Shown here one piece after another: positions 60,675 through 64,000 of a stretch of DNA of 64,000 nucleotides. This stretch comes from Callorhinchus milii (Eukaryota), in NCBI RefSeq assembly GCF_018977255.1, contig NW_024704742.1:132372001-132436000 (forward strand), in the 5' to 3' direction. The translations under genes were made by a program, and so were the position numbers. The first letter of the stretch is position 1, and each line of letters begins with the position of its first letter. The notes beneath the pieces were generated by a model. It was not told the DNA's origin and did no database searches. It was given only the letters and a program-made list of their open reading frames with translations.

Positions 60675-63636
60675 CTGCAAAAGAGAATTTCAAGGTAAAC
60701 GATCTGTACTTTACCTCAAAAGATTACCTTAAGTCTTTTGCATTGTCAGTGGGCACAGCATTTATGTTCCAGGTACGGATTTCATTTGCAGAGCTCAACT
60801 TACCTTCAATTTGAGCCGACAACAATCAGTTACTTGGAAAAGGATCTCATTTTGCTGAAACTATGTAATTTCTTATAAGTCAGACATACATCACTTACAC
60901 ATATCATTACATTTATTAGAACATTCCAGCAAGGAGATGGTGTTTGTGGTAAAACTAAAGCCTTTTCTGGGGCTGATCTTATGAACAAGTCCCATCTGGT
61001 TTTAATATGGGGAGCATGCCGCAAATGGAGGAGGAAAATAAAATCCCTCGCATCGCCAGAGAAAATCTGCACAGAATTAACTTAAATGTTTAAGTTTTAT
61101 GGATGTGATTAAAAATCTTCTTCGTAAATTACACTTTTCAGAAACTCTCTACAATTGTATCAGCCGATAAATTGGTAGATACGTTTAGGAGCACAAAATA
61201 AATCAGGTTACTACTGCAGTATCCTTGCCCACACACCAGACAGGTTTATCTCCCCAAAGGAGATACAAGCTCTACATGTCTCAATTGTAAACCTGCCGAT
61301 ATTGACTTGTTATGAAATAGAACTTTCAGGCTTTTGACAGGTAAGATACAAGCACCAGGCCATCTAACAAACTTTGGACAAGCTAAGACTTTGACATACA
61401 TAAGGTAGAGCTCCTAGGTAGGCTCAAGGGACTTAAAACAAATAAAATTGGACAAGCAGATGAACTATATCCTGCAGTATGTCGAGAGCACGGGAAGAGA
61501 TTTAAGAAACACTGACCGTCACTTTGAGGGAATCAATGAATAGAGACTGGAAAGATGAAGAATGAAAGAGCAGCTGTGTAAAAATTACAGCTAATCCAGC
61601 TGAAACAGCAAGTCTTAAGTTGACCAACTTCAGACGTGCCTTAGGAAGCAATGCCCGAGATTGATAATAGGAAGCCAAGAGCGTAGACTAGACTTTTAAA
61701 AAGCATTGACAAAGTACACCCAAGAGTCCAAGTCGCAAAGAAAATATGGAAGTGCTTCCAAGGAAAGAAAAGGGAGCAGATTTACAGAAAATTCTCAGTA
61801 TAAAGTTAAGATAATCACAAAGGTTAGAAATAAATATTTACACATGTAGGTTGGAATATGATTTTTCTTCAAAGGAGAAAATGCTTGTTTTTTTGAATAT
61901 TTTAAATAGAGTGTGGGACGTGAGCAGGATGGTGGGATCAGGCAGCACACATGGAGGAGTGTTGCACAATTTAGACCTGATGGGGAAGAGGCGTTTCTGT
62001 GTTGCAATATGAAGATTTTAAAAATGCAGTTTTCATGTACAGTCTTAAACAAAGTAGTGAAGTTAAATTGGAGCACTGCAGTGACAAAGCGCCCATCAAG
62101 GTTACACAGTGTCTTGGAGTTAAGGTTAAGACCATATTGAAAATAGCTCTGTGAGGAGCTTCTGCGAGTTGGCACAGGAAATGGATTCTGCACAAAGAAC
62201 ACTGAACTTGAACTTTCACCAGGGAGTCCTGACATATTAGAGAGCAACACAAGACAGTGCTGTTCTGTGGATAGGGTTCTAGGAAGATTTCTTAACTGGG
62301 AGATGACATTGAGGATAGATAGGCTTGCCAGTTTCTGATTTTAATTGTTTTTTGAATGGGCTTCCAAATATCTCCAAATCAAGAAAGTTAATTCCAATTG
62401 ATAGATACTAACTACAAAAAGGTCAGACTTCTCGGTTGTAAGGTTGCCCACAGACTTCACTTCCCACGCACTATGTGCAGGAAGCCCCTCCAAAATCAAA
62501 GGAAGTGACATCAATGGCAACCTTACGACCTGCAAGTTCGGCCATTTTTGCACTCGAAGAGATCGCTAAAAATGAAGAAAAATCCACAAAAATAAAGTGA
62601 ATGACGATATTATGACAAATTAAAAATAATAAAAATCAAAAAACAGCAACCTTAAGAACAGATAAGGTCTTGGGTTCTATAGATCTGGTGGTTATTAGCT
62701 GAGGAAATTGTGATTAATAACCAAGTGAGAGTGAAATCTCACAAAATTAATATGTAAAGAAACTTTTCAAGTGCTGCTGTAGAACTATTCATAAAACTGT
62801 TTGCCTAAACAACAACTTTCCTTAAATTGTACAGCTAAACAACAACTTACATTTACGTAGCACCCTTCAGGCAGGATAAAGTATTGGAGCACTTGAGTGA
62901 CAGGTTTGACACCGAACAGGGGAAGAAGAAGGGGCTAAGTGACCATGGGCGTAGTCAAAGATGCACGTTTTGAAGTGGGACTTGGACGACAGAGAGAGAG
63001 AGGAAGGAAGTTCCAGAGGCTGAGGATGAAGAACCTATGGCAGTGCACAAGGGGTAGGGGATGTGCAGCAAGTTCGAGTTAGCCAAGCAGAGGAATGGGT
63101 AGGAGGAAATCAAGTTAGAGGTGATAATGTGTGAAGGGAATTGTAGGAGTGCAAGGACCTTGAAGGTCGTCCCACTGGAACGTGTTTATAGTAAAGATCA
63201 GATGACGAAACAACACTTTCTGGTGTTTGTGGACAATCAAAATGGAATAAGAGTTTTCCTCACATGTCAGCCTTATATGAAAACCTAAGAGAAGTTCAGC
63301 TAATTAAGTGACATACTGCAAGCTTCTTAAAAGAACAATGTCTATAAAAATACAGTAATAATATAGCTATTTCCTTTCCCTTTGGGATGTTGAAAATCCC
63401 ATTTGGCTTGCTAACATGAACAAACAGCATTCTAAATGGTTAAAATAATGAAAGCAATAATGTTAGGGAACTGGAGAAGCAGCAGGTTAAGTAGATCTTT
63501 CACTGGGACCCTGGTTTAAAATTAATCTCAAAGAACCGCAAATTAAAGTTTGAATTAAATCAATCCGGAATAGTCTAAACACATAAGAGAAATTATACTA
63601 AAATTAACAAGAAATGAAAAAGTAGGAATAAATTAC

Positions 63637-63717
63637 CTGTCTGTATCCAGGGCAACCAAAGGTTTTTCATCTGGGCTCTGATCTAGCGAAGAATATCCTT
63701 TGTTCGGAACAACCAGC
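63637..63717 (-). CDS. FAM219A: FAM219A internal exon: (R)LVVPNKGYSSLDQSPDEKPLVALDTD(S)
   Basis: 81-nt exon with ggcAG acceptor and GTAATT donor; peptide matches vertebrate FAM219A as recalled. Upstream exons lie beyond the window end. Confidence 0.95.
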
Positions 63718-64000
63718 CTGCCAATAATCAATAATGACTACATTAGAGAACACATAAAATGCAAATTCATATTACCCTTTGGGAGTGCGTGTGGGTGGGG
63801 GGAGGGGAATAGAGAAAATAAGCAGGGTCTTGTTAATCTTGATCCAAAGCTAGCTGGACAACTTGTAGAAAGTTTCCTAGAAAGGGTTTGTAATAACAAT
63901 TTGTTCTTTTAGCCGGTTGAACTGCAGTACTACCCATCACACACTGAGATCCCCAACCCTTATTGCTCTCACCAACTTGAGCCTAATATTTTCCAGAATT

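Overview
This is vertebrate genomic DNA, most likely from a cartilaginous fish; that is inferred from the repeat landscape of Deu-domain tRNA-SINEs, CR1, L2 and a Penelope-type fragment. Two spliced protein-coding genes lie on the minus strand. SUB1/PC4 is complete: 4 coding exons at 4798-7741 encoding 123 aa, a non-coding exon 1 near 10058-10150, and a CpG-island promoter. FAM219A is represented by its last three coding exons (59967-63717) plus a probable ~4.9 kb 3'UTR. The ~45 kb between the genes is repeat-dense and holds one tRNA-Leu(AAG) gene with a D-loop variant and an ~8.87 kb near-identical tandem duplication (15080-23948 / 23949-32808) joined at a 4-bp microhomology. The most unusual features are: (1) a repeat-spacer array of roughly helically phased CCAAT boxes in SUB1 intron 1, just upstream of a candidate alternative first exon; (2) a degenerate minimal hammerhead-ribozyme motif in a Penelope-like fragment; (3) a hAT-like fold-back element with long inverted arms; (4) a SINE/L2 pair sharing a 3' hairpin. 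Apart from short ORFs that overlap real exons in other frames, the ORF track is retroelement-derived or spurious. All identifications come from reading and translating by eye; no database searches were run, and repeat boundaries are approximate.
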